Assembly (NCBI GenBank): GCA_038128265.1
Contig: JAYPJE010000009.1
Coordinates: 62,885 to 98,529 of the forward strand
Length of the DNA stretch: 35,645 nt
Source of the DNA: Gemmatimonadota bacterium
Lineage (GTDB): Bacteria; Latescibacterota; UBA2968; UBA8231
Direction: 5' to 3'
Part shown: in pieces, positions 1 through 9,999 of the stretch
Position numbering within the stretch: the first letter of the stretch is position 1
Layout: every line of letters starts with the position of its first letter
The notes under the pieces: model-generated
The model's input: only the letters and a program-made list of their open reading frames with translations
The model's database searches: none
Told to the model about the DNA's origin: nothing
Position numbers and translations under genes: made by a program

Positions 1-101
1 TGTATTCGGGTTATCGAAAAAAACCCCCCCACATTACCCCTTTTCGCCCGGGGGGGCTTCGGTTGTGCCACCGGGGGGTGGCGTACCCCCCCCCCCCCCC
101 A

Positions 102-323
102 CGACTGGTCTATCCCGGCGATTTAATACCCACGCGCGCTCACTTGCGCACCTATTGGAATATGGCCTATGATATGTTCCCCCTGCAGACCATAGAGCGC
201 AAAAACCAGCTGATTGCAGACGCCGTGCGCCACGACTGGGTTGTAGCCTGGGACCACGATCCCGGCACGCCCTGGAGCCGCTTGGAAAAGCGCGATGATC
301 ACATCGCCGCCGTCGCCCCCTAA
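102..323 (+). CDS. C-terminal fragment of an MBL-fold metallo-hydrolase (YtnP-like); 5' part missing or garbled
   Basis: LVYPGDLIPTRAHL..WNMAYDMFPLQTIERK..W..AWDHDP matches the C-terminal GD-x-P and late His motifs of MBL-fold hydrolases. Bases 1-100 are homopolymer-rich and look unreliable. Confidence 0.7.
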   Translation, partial: RLVYPGDLIPTRAHLRTYWNMAYDMFPLQTIERKNQLIADAVRHDWVVAWDHDPGTPWSRLEKRDDHIAAVAP

Positions 324-332
324 AGGCCGTTT

Positions 333-1199
333 ATGAATCGCATTCCAATGCACTCACTCGACATGCCCTCCTACGAGCCGCTCTCTGCCGTTTTGTGCTT
401 CGATCAGTTTGAACGCGGGCTCAACGGCTGGACCGGACTCATCGGCAACTACGAGGATAACCTCGACGCCATGCTGCCAGCCTACAGCGACCTGCGTCCC
501 CCCATGCTAAGCAATGCCAGCACCTGGGATACGGGCACCGGTGGCGCGCTGTCGGGCACCTATGCCATGAAGCTGGCAACGCGGCCACAACCATCCTCGC
601 TGGCCGTCGCCATCAAGCGCCTGACGTTTCGCCGCGCGACGCGCATCCGCCTAGAGACCTACTTTGCGTTTAAACCGGAAGCGAGCGAACTGCGCCTTTC
701 CGAAACGGACGTGCACTCGATTGGCGTTCTTTTTGATTTACAGGACGAACGCGAACGCGTCATGCCCCACTTGCAGTATCTCAACGCCGTTGAGGGAGAG
801 CAAAGGGCACACTGGCAGTACAAGCGCCAGTCGCCCACCTTTCACGACATCGGCGGCACGGGTAAAACCGTTTCGCACTTTCACCTAGCTGAAGCGGGCT
901 GGGAAGACGTGCCCGGCGGGGAGCAGCTGCTGTGCTATAATGAAATCGCCACCAAAAAAAACTGGCACTACCTGCGCGTCGGCATCGACCTCGCGACAAT
1001 GTCTTTTTGCGAATTTCAGTGCAACGATCGCCACTTTGACACAGACGCCATAGCCCCTATGAAAATGCCGGCCATGGCCAATCTATGGTGCATGCTCAAC
1101 GTCGTGTTCTTTGCGCGTGCTGGCAGCGCCAAGCGCGCCTTTCTCTATCTCGACTCCGTGCTGCTGTCTGCGGATATCCCCCCCGAGGAGGCATCCTGA
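333..1199 (+). CDS. Conserved hypothetical protein, aromatic- and beta-rich (resembles DUF6772 from memory; unverified)
   Basis: 288-aa ORF with normal codon usage; motifs FERGLNGWTGLIGNY, GTYAMKLATRP, LCYNEIATKKNWHY. Start could be 333, 348 or 363. Confidence 0.7.
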   Translation: MNRIPMHSLDMPSYEPLSAVLCFDQFERGLNGWTGLIGNYEDNLDAMLPAYSDLRPPMLSNASTWDTGTGGALSGTYAMKLATRPQPSSLAVAIKRLTFRRATRIRLETYFAFKPEASELRLSETDVHSIGVLFDLQDERERVMPHLQYLNAVEGEQRAHWQYKRQSPTFHDIGGTGKTVSHFHLAEAGWEDVPGGEQLLCYNEIATKKNWHYLRVGIDLATMSFCEFQCNDRHFDTDAIAPMKMPAMANLWCMLNVVFFARAGSAKRAFLYLDSVLLSADIPPEEAS

Positions 1200-1528
1200 T
1201 GCGCGAAAGCCACCTGGCCGTCATCGAGCGCAACGTCGAGTGGAGCGGCCCCATTGCCACCGAACCCTACGAAGTCGCCTGGGCCAGCGAGGCTATTTTC
1301 TTTGTGCGTATTCTCGAAGCCCAGTGCACGCTGCCGATCGACCTGAACGTCCAGCTGTCGCCAGACGGTATGCACTGGTGCGACGAAGGCCGTTCGCTCC
1401 AAATAGACTGGACGGGCGAAATCTACTTTGTCCGCGTTGCGCACTTTGGCGGCTGGCTCCGACTGGCCGGCCAGATGATTCCCGGCCAGCGCGCGCGCGT
1501 CATCGCCTACTTACAGCTCAAGGAATAA
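1199..1528 (+). CDS. Small hypothetical protein (109 aa), beta-strand rich
   Basis: ATG at 1199 overlaps the upstream TGA (TGATG), indicating translational coupling; TEPYEVAWASEAIFFVR, VQLSPDGMHWCDEG, HFGGWLRL. Confidence 0.7.
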   Translation: MRESHLAVIERNVEWSGPIATEPYEVAWASEAIFFVRILEAQCTLPIDLNVQLSPDGMHWCDEGRSLQIDWTGEIYFVRVAHFGGWLRLAGQMIPGQRARVIAYLQLKE

Positions 1529-1578
1529 CCTTTGCGCATGGCCGCACAGCGGCGGGTGCGTTTACCCATGTGAGACCT

Positions 1579-1833
1579 ATGGCACTCGAAGTCATCGAAA
1601 TAACACCCAAGCACAAAGAGTTGCTCACGCGCCTCAGCGAACTCATACCCGACCTCGACCCGAATGGGCCGACGAGCATGCAGCGCATTTTTGGCCTCGG
1701 CCTTATAGCACTAACTATGCAGGTTACCAACCGCGCTCGACAGCAGCGCCAAGACGCCCTCGTAGAAGAGCTGGGCGCGCTCGCACGCGAAATGGTCGAA
1801 GCCGAAGGCTGGGACCCCACGCAGGAAGAATAG
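1579..1833 (+). CDS. Small hypothetical protein (84 aa)
   Basis: 3' part of the 1111-1833 ORF from ATG 1579 ([16 protein letters not shown]...). Its stop abuts the AGGAG RBS of the next gene. Confidence 0.6.
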   Translation: MALEVIEITPKHKELLTRLSELIPDLDPNGPTSMQRIFGLGLIALTMQVTNRARQQRQDALVEELGALAREMVEAEGWDPTQEE

Positions 1834-1840
1834 GAGCACC

Positions 1841-2623
1841 ATGCACATACCCGCAGATTCGACGTCCCTATTTCGCCTCGATGACCAGGTCGCCTTTGTC
1901 ACCGGCGGCAGTAAGGGGTTGGGCGAAGCCATGGCGCTGGCCCTTTCCGGCGCCGGCGCTCGCGTGGCAATTAGCAGCCGCCACCTAGAGGAAGCGCAGG
2001 ATGTCGCTCAGCGCATCGGCGACCAAACTGGCGGTAGCGTTCTGGCCGTGCGCGCGGACGTCGGCCAGCGCCAGCAGGTCGACGATTCGGTGCAGGAGGT
2101 GTCCGACGCGCTGGGGCCCATCGACATATTGGTCAACAACGCCGGCATTAATATCCGCTCGCCAATCGTCGATTTGCGCGACGAAGATTGGGAGGCCGTC
2201 ATCGCCACCAACTTGAGCGGTCCGATGTACTACTGTCGGGCCGTCGGGCGCCATATGCTCGAGCGCCGCTACGGGCGCGTCATCAATCTCGGATCGACCC
2301 TATCGCATATCTCGATTGTCGACCGCACGCCCTACGCCTCCAGCAAAGGAGGCATCGTCCAGCTTACGCGCACGCTGGCCTTGGAGTGGGCCGAATACGG
2401 CATTACGGTCAACGCCATTTGCCCCGGCCCCTTTGCCACACCGATCAACAAAGTGCTACTAGACGATCCGCTCAAGGCTGAGGAAATGCAGTCAAAAGTG
2501 CCGATGCGACGCTGGGGCGATCCGGCCGAACTGGCGACGACGGTCCTCTACTTTGCCTCGCGCGCCTCGAGCTTTACCACTGGCTCTGTGCTCTTGGTCG
2601 ACGGCGGCTACACGAGCCAATAA
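1841..2623 (+). CDS. Short-chain dehydrogenase/reductase (gluconate 5-dehydrogenase/KduD-like)
   Basis: [12 protein letters not shown], catalytic YASSK, VNAICPG, VDGG; AGGAG RBS. Confidence 0.92.
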   Translation: MHIPADSTSLFRLDDQVAFVTGGSKGLGEAMALALSGAGARVAISSRHLEEAQDVAQRIGDQTGGSVLAVRADVGQRQQVDDSVQEVSDALGPIDILVNNAGINIRSPIVDLRDEDWEAVIATNLSGPMYYCRAVGRHMLERRYGRVINLGSTLSHISIVDRTPYASSKGGIVQLTRTLALEWAEYGITVNAICPGPFATPINKVLLDDPLKAEEMQSKVPMRRWGDPAELATTVLYFASRASSFTTGSVLLVDGGYTSQ

Positions 2624-2651
2624 AAAACGGACCGCGCCAGCGCGCCGTCCG
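2622..2651 (-). terminator. Possible intrinsic terminator for the 601-aa gene
   Basis: Bulged GC hairpin (CGGAC-CGCG / CGCG-CC-GTCCG) followed by a T run on the minus strand, between convergent genes. Confidence 0.35.
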
Positions 2652-2723
2652 CTCCCCAACCAATCTATTTGTCTACCTGCCCAACCGCTGCGGAGCGACC
2701 AGTCCCACAGCCGACGCCCAATC

Positions 2724-4529
2724 TCACCCCATGGAAACTTCCCATATTCCCTGCTTGTTTTTCTCGACGTAGCGCTTCTTGCCACCGCGCATCATCGGCA
2801 CGAGCCGGTTGAGCTCTTTGTCGTGCTTGGCTAGCACGAACTGACCCTCCTTGTCGGGGTCGGGCATAATCTTATACGGCACCATGCGATCGCCACCACC
2901 CGTGTGGATAACGACTCGTCCAAAGAGCACGCCCATTTCGCGCTCTTCCGGCGTAAGGCGTGAATCAACCGAAGCCGATTCGGTCTTTTCTTTCTCGCCC
3001 TTTGCCTTGCGCGCAGCCTCCCGTTCGGCGGTGACCTTCTTTTCCGAAGCCGCTATAATTTCCTCGCTGCGTCCCTGGATTTCTGCCGTTTCTTCTTCCG
3101 TGATATCCGGGTAGATTTTCTCCAAACGCGAGCGCAAGAATATCTGCGCTTTCTCTCTGGCCTCGTCGACGTCCTCCGTAGATCGAAAAAACTCGTCGAC
3201 AATGAGATTGATCCGCAGCATGCGCATCTGCTTGCGGAACGGCGTCGGCTTAAAGACCGATGTCACGAGACCAATCACGCTGAGCATAGCGGCAGCCAGG
3301 CGCACCCGCTCCTCGCGCTCGGGCGCATTGAGACGCACCATCACCTGCGCCTTACTCAGCTCGCGCAATTCGGCGATAAAGTTTTCCTCAACCAGCAGCT
3401 TTTCAACGCGATCTTGGCCGCGCCGCACGATATAGCTGTAGGGCGGCAAGCGCACCGCGATCATGCGCACTTCGGCATCGCGCCGATCCATCATTTCGAG
3501 GATTTGGTGCATCGTATCGTATTCGCCAATCAACTCGTCGAGCATTTCGCGCCAGACGATTTCGCCCCCCTCCAACGCGTTGACCGATTCCTTGTGGCGA
3601 ATGAGAAAACTCAGCGCCGGATCGTAGCGCGGATCGATGCGCTGCAGCGCCTCAAATACCTGCGCGTAAATCGCTACGTAGTCGACTTCTTCACGAATCT
3701 TTTTCTCCAGCCGATCGCGCGCTTGACCGCTCAGAATGCTATTGCGAATCTTGCCGGCTTTTTCGCGGCCGATCTTGCCGCTGCGCACACCGACATCCAC
3801 CTGGTGCAGCTTGCGCAGGCGCTCGGCGTCTTCGGCGCTGATGTGCCCTCGCTCAATATGGGCATCCAAATTTTTTATCAGCACCTGCATTTGCTGCGCA
3901 CGCTGCGCCGCCAATCCCTTGCTCTGTTCGTCTTCGCGCTGGTTTATCTCCTGCTCGTTGGGCTCTGAAGCGGGCTCCGCAAGCAGGCGATCCAAGCCGC
4001 CATCTTCGCCTGCACTCGCTGCCTTCTTTTGGGCGCTGATTTGAGCGAGGCGAGCCGCTGCGCGCTTTTTCTGCGGATCTTCCTTGCCAACTAAGGTGTT
4101 GGACACAGCGCGCAGACAGTTTTTCTGATTGATTTCCTGAGGAGTCAAACCGACGTTGGCGAGCACAGCGCGCACCTGTTCTTGGCGCAGCAAACCGCGC
4201 AGTTCGCCCGACGCGTGTTCCTGAACCTGACTTATGTTCCAACCCCGTTTGCGTATCATCCCCAGCAGCGAACGGATAACCCAGTTCTCCACGCCGGGAA
4301 CGGCAAAGGCCTGAGGGTTATCCGCCAGCATCTCCCGGGCCACCCGCTCTATATCGTCATGCGTGTCCTGGGATGGCGCACGGCCGACCAACGACTGATA
4401 CCCCTCGACCATTGCCTTGTGAAAATGGGCAAGGGAAATGAGCGGATCACCCGCTGTTAAGCGGTCGGCGACGAACTGCGCAAGCTGGCTACGCAACTCG
4501 GGGGTAATCGAATTTGTATCGGGTTCCAT
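2724..4529 (-). CDS. Hypothetical protein, 601 aa, charged and predominantly alpha-helical
   Basis: Long ORF with natural composition and coiled-coil-like segments; no recognisable motif, signal peptide or TM helix. Confidence 0.8.
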   Translation of the reverse strand: MEPDTNSITPELRSQLAQFVADRLTAGDPLISLAHFHKAMVEGYQSLVGRAPSQDTHDDIERVAREMLADNPQAFAVPGVENWVIRSLLGMIRKRGWNISQVQEHASGELRGLLRQEQVRAVLANVGLTPQEINQKNCLRAVSNTLVGKEDPQKKRAAARLAQISAQKKAASAGEDGGLDRLLAEPASEPNEQEINQREDEQSKGLAAQRAQQMQVLIKNLDAHIERGHISAEDAERLRKLHQVDVGVRSGKIGREKAGKIRNSILSGQARDRLEKKIREEVDYVAIYAQVFEALQRIDPRYDPALSFLIRHKESVNALEGGEIVWREMLDELIGEYDTMHQILEMMDRRDAEVRMIAVRLPPYSYIVRRGQDRVEKLLVEENFIAELRELSKAQVMVRLNAPEREERVRLAAAMLSVIGLVTSVFKPTPFRKQMRMLRINLIVDEFFRSTEDVDEAREKAQIFLRSRLEKIYPDITEEETAEIQGRSEEIIAASEKKVTAEREAARKAKGEKEKTESASVDSRLTPEEREMGVLFGRVVIHTGGGDRMVPYKIMPDPDKEGQFVLAKHDKELNRLVPMMRGGKKRYVEKNKQGIWEVSMG

Positions 4530-4780
4530 AACTAATGCTGAACCACCGTCAAAACTCCCGGCATATCACGGATTGGGCCCCCATAGAGGGCGATGGTTTT
4601 TTCCACCCAACGCATAGGACAGACCGAGCAAGCATAATAAATGCTCTAGCCCAACTTCTTCTTTTAACATATTAAAGATAGTCTAAACATTAGGTTACGC
4701 AAAGTCGATTAGCAGCAAGGGCATATCCCGCCACGCCCGGCTACCCGCTGGTGGCGTATAATCGCCGGCTCCCTTCTTTC

Positions 4781-4909
4781 TATTTTCTCAAAAAGAGAAT
4801 ATGATTGCTATTTTACCAAATAGAGAAAGTTAGTTAAGTTACAATTTTACAGTATATTAACAATTTTACCATTGTTAGATATCACCTTTATTCCTATTTT
4901 GAGAAAATA
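4781..4909. promoter_or_regulatory. AT-rich repeat region; candidate upstream activator sequences
   Basis: TATTTTCTCAAAA (4781-4793) is the exact reverse complement of TTTTGAGAAAATA (4897-4909); direct repeat ACAATTTTAC at 4841-4850 and 4860-4869. Confidence 0.5.
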
Positions 4910-4993
4910 TTGGAATTGTCAATAGGTCACCAGAGCGCCGCAACGACCGATGAAACCCTTGTTAATCTTACACTTAGCCCATCGCTTCACCCG

Positions 4994-5009
4994 TTGGCAC
5001 GGACCTTGC
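4994..5009 (+). promoter_or_regulatory. sigma54 (RpoN) -24/-12 promoter of groESL
   Basis: TTGGCACGGACCTTGC matches TGGCACG-N4-TTGC with exact GG-N10-GC spacing, about 50 bp before the groES ATG. Confidence 0.8.
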
Positions 5010-5058
5010 CAAGCAAGATTCATTCGCATCCACTCAACCTTCTTTGGAGGTAGTTAAC

Positions 5059-5355
5059 ATGGCTAAAATCAACATCCGTCCCCTAGCCGACCGCGTCCTC
5101 GTTAAGCGCCTGGACGAGGCCGAAGAGCAGAAAGTCGGCGGCATCATCATTCCCGATACGGCTAAGGAGAAGCCGCAGGAAGCCGAAGTCGTCGCCATCG
5201 GCCCCGGCCGTCTGGAAGACGGCAATCGCGTCGCCCCCGAAGTTAAAGAGGGCGATAAAGTCCTCATCGGCAAGTACTCGGGCACCGAGGTCAAGGTAGA
5301 CGGCGAAGACTACTTGATCATGCGTGAAGACGACATCCTCGCCGTCGTTGGCTAA
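5059..5355 (+). CDS. groES: Co-chaperonin GroES
   Basis: [47 protein letters not shown] before ATG 5059. Confidence 0.99.
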   Translation: MAKINIRPLADRVLVKRLDEAEEQKVGGIIIPDTAKEKPQEAEVVAIGPGRLEDGNRVAPEVKEGDKVLIGKYSGTEVKVDGEDYLIMREDDILAVVG

Positions 5356-5384
5356 TCGCTAAAAACAGATCAAGGAGATCCTAA

Positions 5385-7010
<1,626 letters not shown>

Positions 7011-7028
7011 GTCTTCAATGAGTACGCA

Positions 7029-7070
7029 ACGAGGGCGGTCGGGGTAATCCCGGCCGCCCTCGTTTTTTTT
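7029..7070 (+). terminator. Rho-independent terminator after groEL
   Basis: ACGAGGGCGGTCGGG-GTAAT-CCCGGCCGCCCTCGT stem-loop followed by a T tract. Confidence 0.9.
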
Positions 7071-7082
7071 GACAGTCCCCTC

Positions 7083-7376
7083 TTAGAGAACTTCCAGCAG
7101 CTGCACGCCGTAGCTGTCGCCGACCGCGACTAGCTTGCCGCGAGCAAAGAGCTTGCCGTTGACCAACACATTAACCGGGTCGGGGGCAGACTTATCGGTA
7201 TGCAGCATGGACTGCTCGGCGAGTTCGGCCGCTTCCTCCACCGTTATTTCCGCACGCCCCCATTCGACTGTAATCCGCACCTCAACGTCCCCCAGCCCCG
7301 AGAGGGATTTCAGAGCGGCCGAATCGGCCGCTGCATCGCTCCGCACAATCGGCAAATCGCCCTGTTTTTTATCCAT
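7083..7376 (-). CDS. FliN/FliM C-terminal (SPOA) domain protein
   Basis: DVEVRITVEWGRAEITV..DKSAPDPVNVLVNGKLFARGKLVAVGDSYGVQLLEV follows the FliN pattern; GGAG RBS. Confidence 0.85.
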   Translation of the reverse strand: MDKKQGDLPIVRSDAAADSAALKSLSGLGDVEVRITVEWGRAEITVEEAAELAEQSMLHTDKSAPDPVNVLVNGKLFARGKLVAVGDSYGVQLLEVL

Positions 7377-7449
7377 ATGGCTCCCCTTGTCGGCGTATGT
7401 AGCAAAGCCTATTTTGTCGACAAATAAAAACTAATTGCAGGAGAACGGC

Positions 7450-8559
7450 ATGGCAACGGTATACGAAAAACTCGGACTGCGCACCTTTATTAATGCCCGC
7501 GGAACCATTACCACGCTCGGCGGATCTATTATGCCACCCGCCGTCGTCGATGCCATGGCCGAGGCATCACGCCACTTCGTCCATCTAAACGAACTCCACG
7601 AAAAGGCCGGCGCGCGCATCGCTGAACTCACCGGCGCAGAAGGCGCATTTATTTCTGCGGGAGCCGCCAGCGGCCTGCTCCTGGCCGGCGCGGCCTGCCT
7701 GACCGGAGAAGACGTCGATTTAATTCAACAGCTACCCGATACGGGCGATCGCCCCAACGAATTTGTCATTAGCCTCGTCGACAGCCACTACTACGTGCAC
7801 CAGGGCTTTGTCGTATGCGGAGGCGCACTGGTCAAAGTCGGCACGCGCCAGGCGGTCACCCCCCAAGACTACGCCGATGCACTCGGCGAGCGCACGGCAG
7901 CCGTGGTGTTTTTCTTGGGGAGCCAGCCCATCGAGCAGCTGCCTGAAATCATCGCCGTAGCCCACGCACAGCAGGTGCCCGTCATCGTCGACGCCGCCGC
8001 CCAATTACCCCCCCGTTCCAACTTGACAGATCTGACAGCCATGGGCGCGGACCTCGTCGTCTTCAGCGGCGGCAAAGGGCTCTTTGGTCCGCAGTCTTCT
8101 GGGTTAGTGCTGGGCCGCGCAGACCTCGTGCGCGCCTGCCATCTCAACAGCAATCCCCATTCGGCCGTCGGCCGCGGTATGAAAGTGGGCAAGGAAGAAA
8201 TCGCCGGGCTGCTAACGGCCGTGGAGCTCTTCTTCGAAATGGACGAGGCAACCGTCGTACGAGAATGGGACCGGCGCTGCCAGTGCATCGCCGAAGCGGT
8301 CGCGGACGTGGTTGGCCTATCGTCGAGCTTCACGCAGGCCTACCAGAATAAGTTTCCGCCCGCATCTCCCCTGGTACACCTACACTTTGACGAAACGGCG
8401 GCAAAGACCGCCGGACAAGTGCGCATCGAGCTGGAGGAGGGCACGCCCTCAATCTTAGCCAGCGGCGGCGATGCCAGCATCACCTTAGGGCCGCAAACGC
8501 TGCAAGAGGGTGAAGCCGAGCTTATCGCCGAGCGCTTGCGCCATATACTCACCGCTTGA
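7450..8559 (+). CDS. SelA-like/DgaE-family PLP-dependent enzyme
   Basis: INARGTITTLGGS, VIVDAAAQ, FSGGKGLFGPQSSG (PLP lysine), GRGMKVGKEEI; GGAG RBS before ATG 7450. Confidence 0.88.
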   Translation: MATVYEKLGLRTFINARGTITTLGGSIMPPAVVDAMAEASRHFVHLNELHEKAGARIAELTGAEGAFISAGAASGLLLAGAACLTGEDVDLIQQLPDTGDRPNEFVISLVDSHYYVHQGFVVCGGALVKVGTRQAVTPQDYADALGERTAAVVFFLGSQPIEQLPEIIAVAHAQQVPVIVDAAAQLPPRSNLTDLTAMGADLVVFSGGKGLFGPQSSGLVLGRADLVRACHLNSNPHSAVGRGMKVGKEEIAGLLTAVELFFEMDEATVVREWDRRCQCIAEAVADVVGLSSSFTQAYQNKFPPASPLVHLHFDETAAKTAGQVRIELEEGTPSILASGGDASITLGPQTLQEGEAELIAERLRHILTA

Positions 8560-8603
8560 CGCGATGGAATACGCCGATACATTCCCCCGAAAAGGAGGGC
8601 GCT

Positions 8604-8909
8604 ATGACCGAGGATAAAACGACGCTAACGGCTGCTGAAGTCGACGCTGAGCTCGAAACGCTGGCCGGCTGGCGGCGCGATGACGTAGTGATTTCACGCG
8701 ACTTTACCATGGCCAACTTCAAAGATATTACGGACTTTCTAAACCACCTAGTCAACACCATCACCGAACAGAACCACCACCCCGACTTTTCCCTCGACAC
8801 GGGCACGCGAACCATCGCCGTCCACGTCACAACGCACAGCGAAGGTGCCGTCACGCGTGCAGACGTCCTTTTCGCGCGCACGCTCAATGAATGGCAGCCC
8901 GCATCCTAA
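8604..8909 (+). CDS. Pterin-4-alpha-carbinolamine dehydratase (PhhB/PCD family)
   Basis: EQNHHPD and TTHSEGAVTRADV motifs; AAGGAGG RBS before ATG 8604. Confidence 0.9.
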   Translation: MTEDKTTLTAAEVDAELETLAGWRRDDVVISRDFTMANFKDITDFLNHLVNTITEQNHHPDFSLDTGTRTIAVHVTTHSEGAVTRADVLFARTLNEWQPAS

Positions 8910-8928
8910 ACCCCGGCTCAGCCTGCAG

Positions 8929-9939
8929 TTATATGGTGACCCGCCGCCCCCTCTTGGCCGACTGAATCTCCTTTAGACACAGGGCGAGCGAATTGCGCGC
9001 GCTCTGACCGCCCAGCGTAGAGGACGGCTTACCCGCCTTTATTGCATCCACTACTTCCTGCAGCTCGCCGACAAAGCCGTCTTTGCTAGAGAGGCGCGGC
9101 TGGCGCACTTTACCGTCGGCCGTCAGCAGCTGCGGCGGCTGGCCCCACGACGAGTTAAACTTGAGCGCACCGTTGGCAAAGTAGATATCATAGCCGTGTT
9201 CAAAAGGACATCCCTGCTGCGATAGCCATCCCCCCTCCGCGCTTATGGCCATATTGCCTGCATATCCATAGTGCGTGTGGATGTATTCAACGGTATCGCC
9301 CTTGCCTATGTAGGCCTGCGAGACGACGGATTTCGGCATGCCAAACAAGTACTGAACAAAATCCGCATCGTGAATGTGCAGGTCGATAGCGGGGCCTCCG
9401 GTGCGCTTTAAATCGTTGGCATTCCACCAGGCGGGCCGCGCTATCGCGCGCTTAAAATGGGCGGCGAGCACCTTGCCATACTGCCCGCTCGCAACGAGAT
9501 CTTTGGCCAGGCGAAACTCGGGAAAGTAGCGCAGCACATGTGCCACCATAAACTGCCGTCGGTGCTTTTTGGCGGCGGCAATCAGCCGGTCGGCATCGCG
9601 CAGCGACAGCGCAATGGGCTTCTCTAAAAAAACGTGCTTGCCCGCCTGCAGTGCGCGCAGGGCGGTGTCTACATGCATCGAAGTGGGCAGGCAGATATCG
9701 ACGACATCAACCTGCGGATCGGCGAGCAGTCCATCTATGGTCTCATAGGTTTTCACCCGACTCAAGTCTTGGACGCCCCCACTCCCACCAAAGTTGCCCT
9801 GAATGGCGCTCCAATCTCCGCGCCGTTTTTTTTCGTCGCGCGTGACGATAGCCGATACCCGTCCCCCGCGCACCTGTTGCATTGCCTTAAAGTGGGTCAC
9901 CCCCATAAATCCGATGCCGACAATACCAATATTAACCAT
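8929..9939 (-). CDS. Gfo/Idh/MocA family oxidoreductase
   Basis: GIGFMG, DICLPT..H, GKHVFLEKP, GGPAIDLHIHD. Confidence 0.93.
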   Translation of the reverse strand: MVNIGIVGIGFMGVTHFKAMQQVRGGRVSAIVTRDEKKRRGDWSAIQGNFGGSGGVQDLSRVKTYETIDGLLADPQVDVVDICLPTSMHVDTALRALQAGKHVFLEKPIALSLRDADRLIAAAKKHRRQFMVAHVLRYFPEFRLAKDLVASGQYGKVLAAHFKRAIARPAWWNANDLKRTGGPAIDLHIHDADFVQYLFGMPKSVVSQAYIGKGDTVEYIHTHYGYAGNMAISAEGGWLSQQGCPFEHGYDIYFANGALKFNSSWGQPPQLLTADGKVRQPRLSSKDGFVGELQEVVDAIKAGKPSSTLGGQSARNSLALCLKEIQSAKRGRRVTI

Positions 9940-9999
9940 GGCGTTCTCCCTTCGAGTATAAACCTACATTAGACGGCCATCCATGGGACGTCAAGCAGC

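Noticed and set aside
1..101. Homopolymer runs (A, C, G) suggesting phase-variable tracts or a poly-Pro segment
   Set aside because: Several runs cluster at the window edge and break the MBL reading pattern; most likely low-quality contig-end sequence.
246..262. 17-bp match GCCTGGGACCACGATCC shared with both aldolases (20675-20691, 21448-21464)
   Set aside because: Encodes AWDHDP in unrelated proteins, does not extend, and is compatible with chance in GC-rich coding DNA.
4530..5058. CIRCE element or ncRNA upstream of groES
   Set aside because: No CIRCE dyad and no recognisable RNA family; the region is better explained as promoter DNA.
7450..8559. True selenocysteine synthase selA
   Set aside because: Lacks the SelA N-terminal domain, and no selB or tRNA-Sec is nearby.
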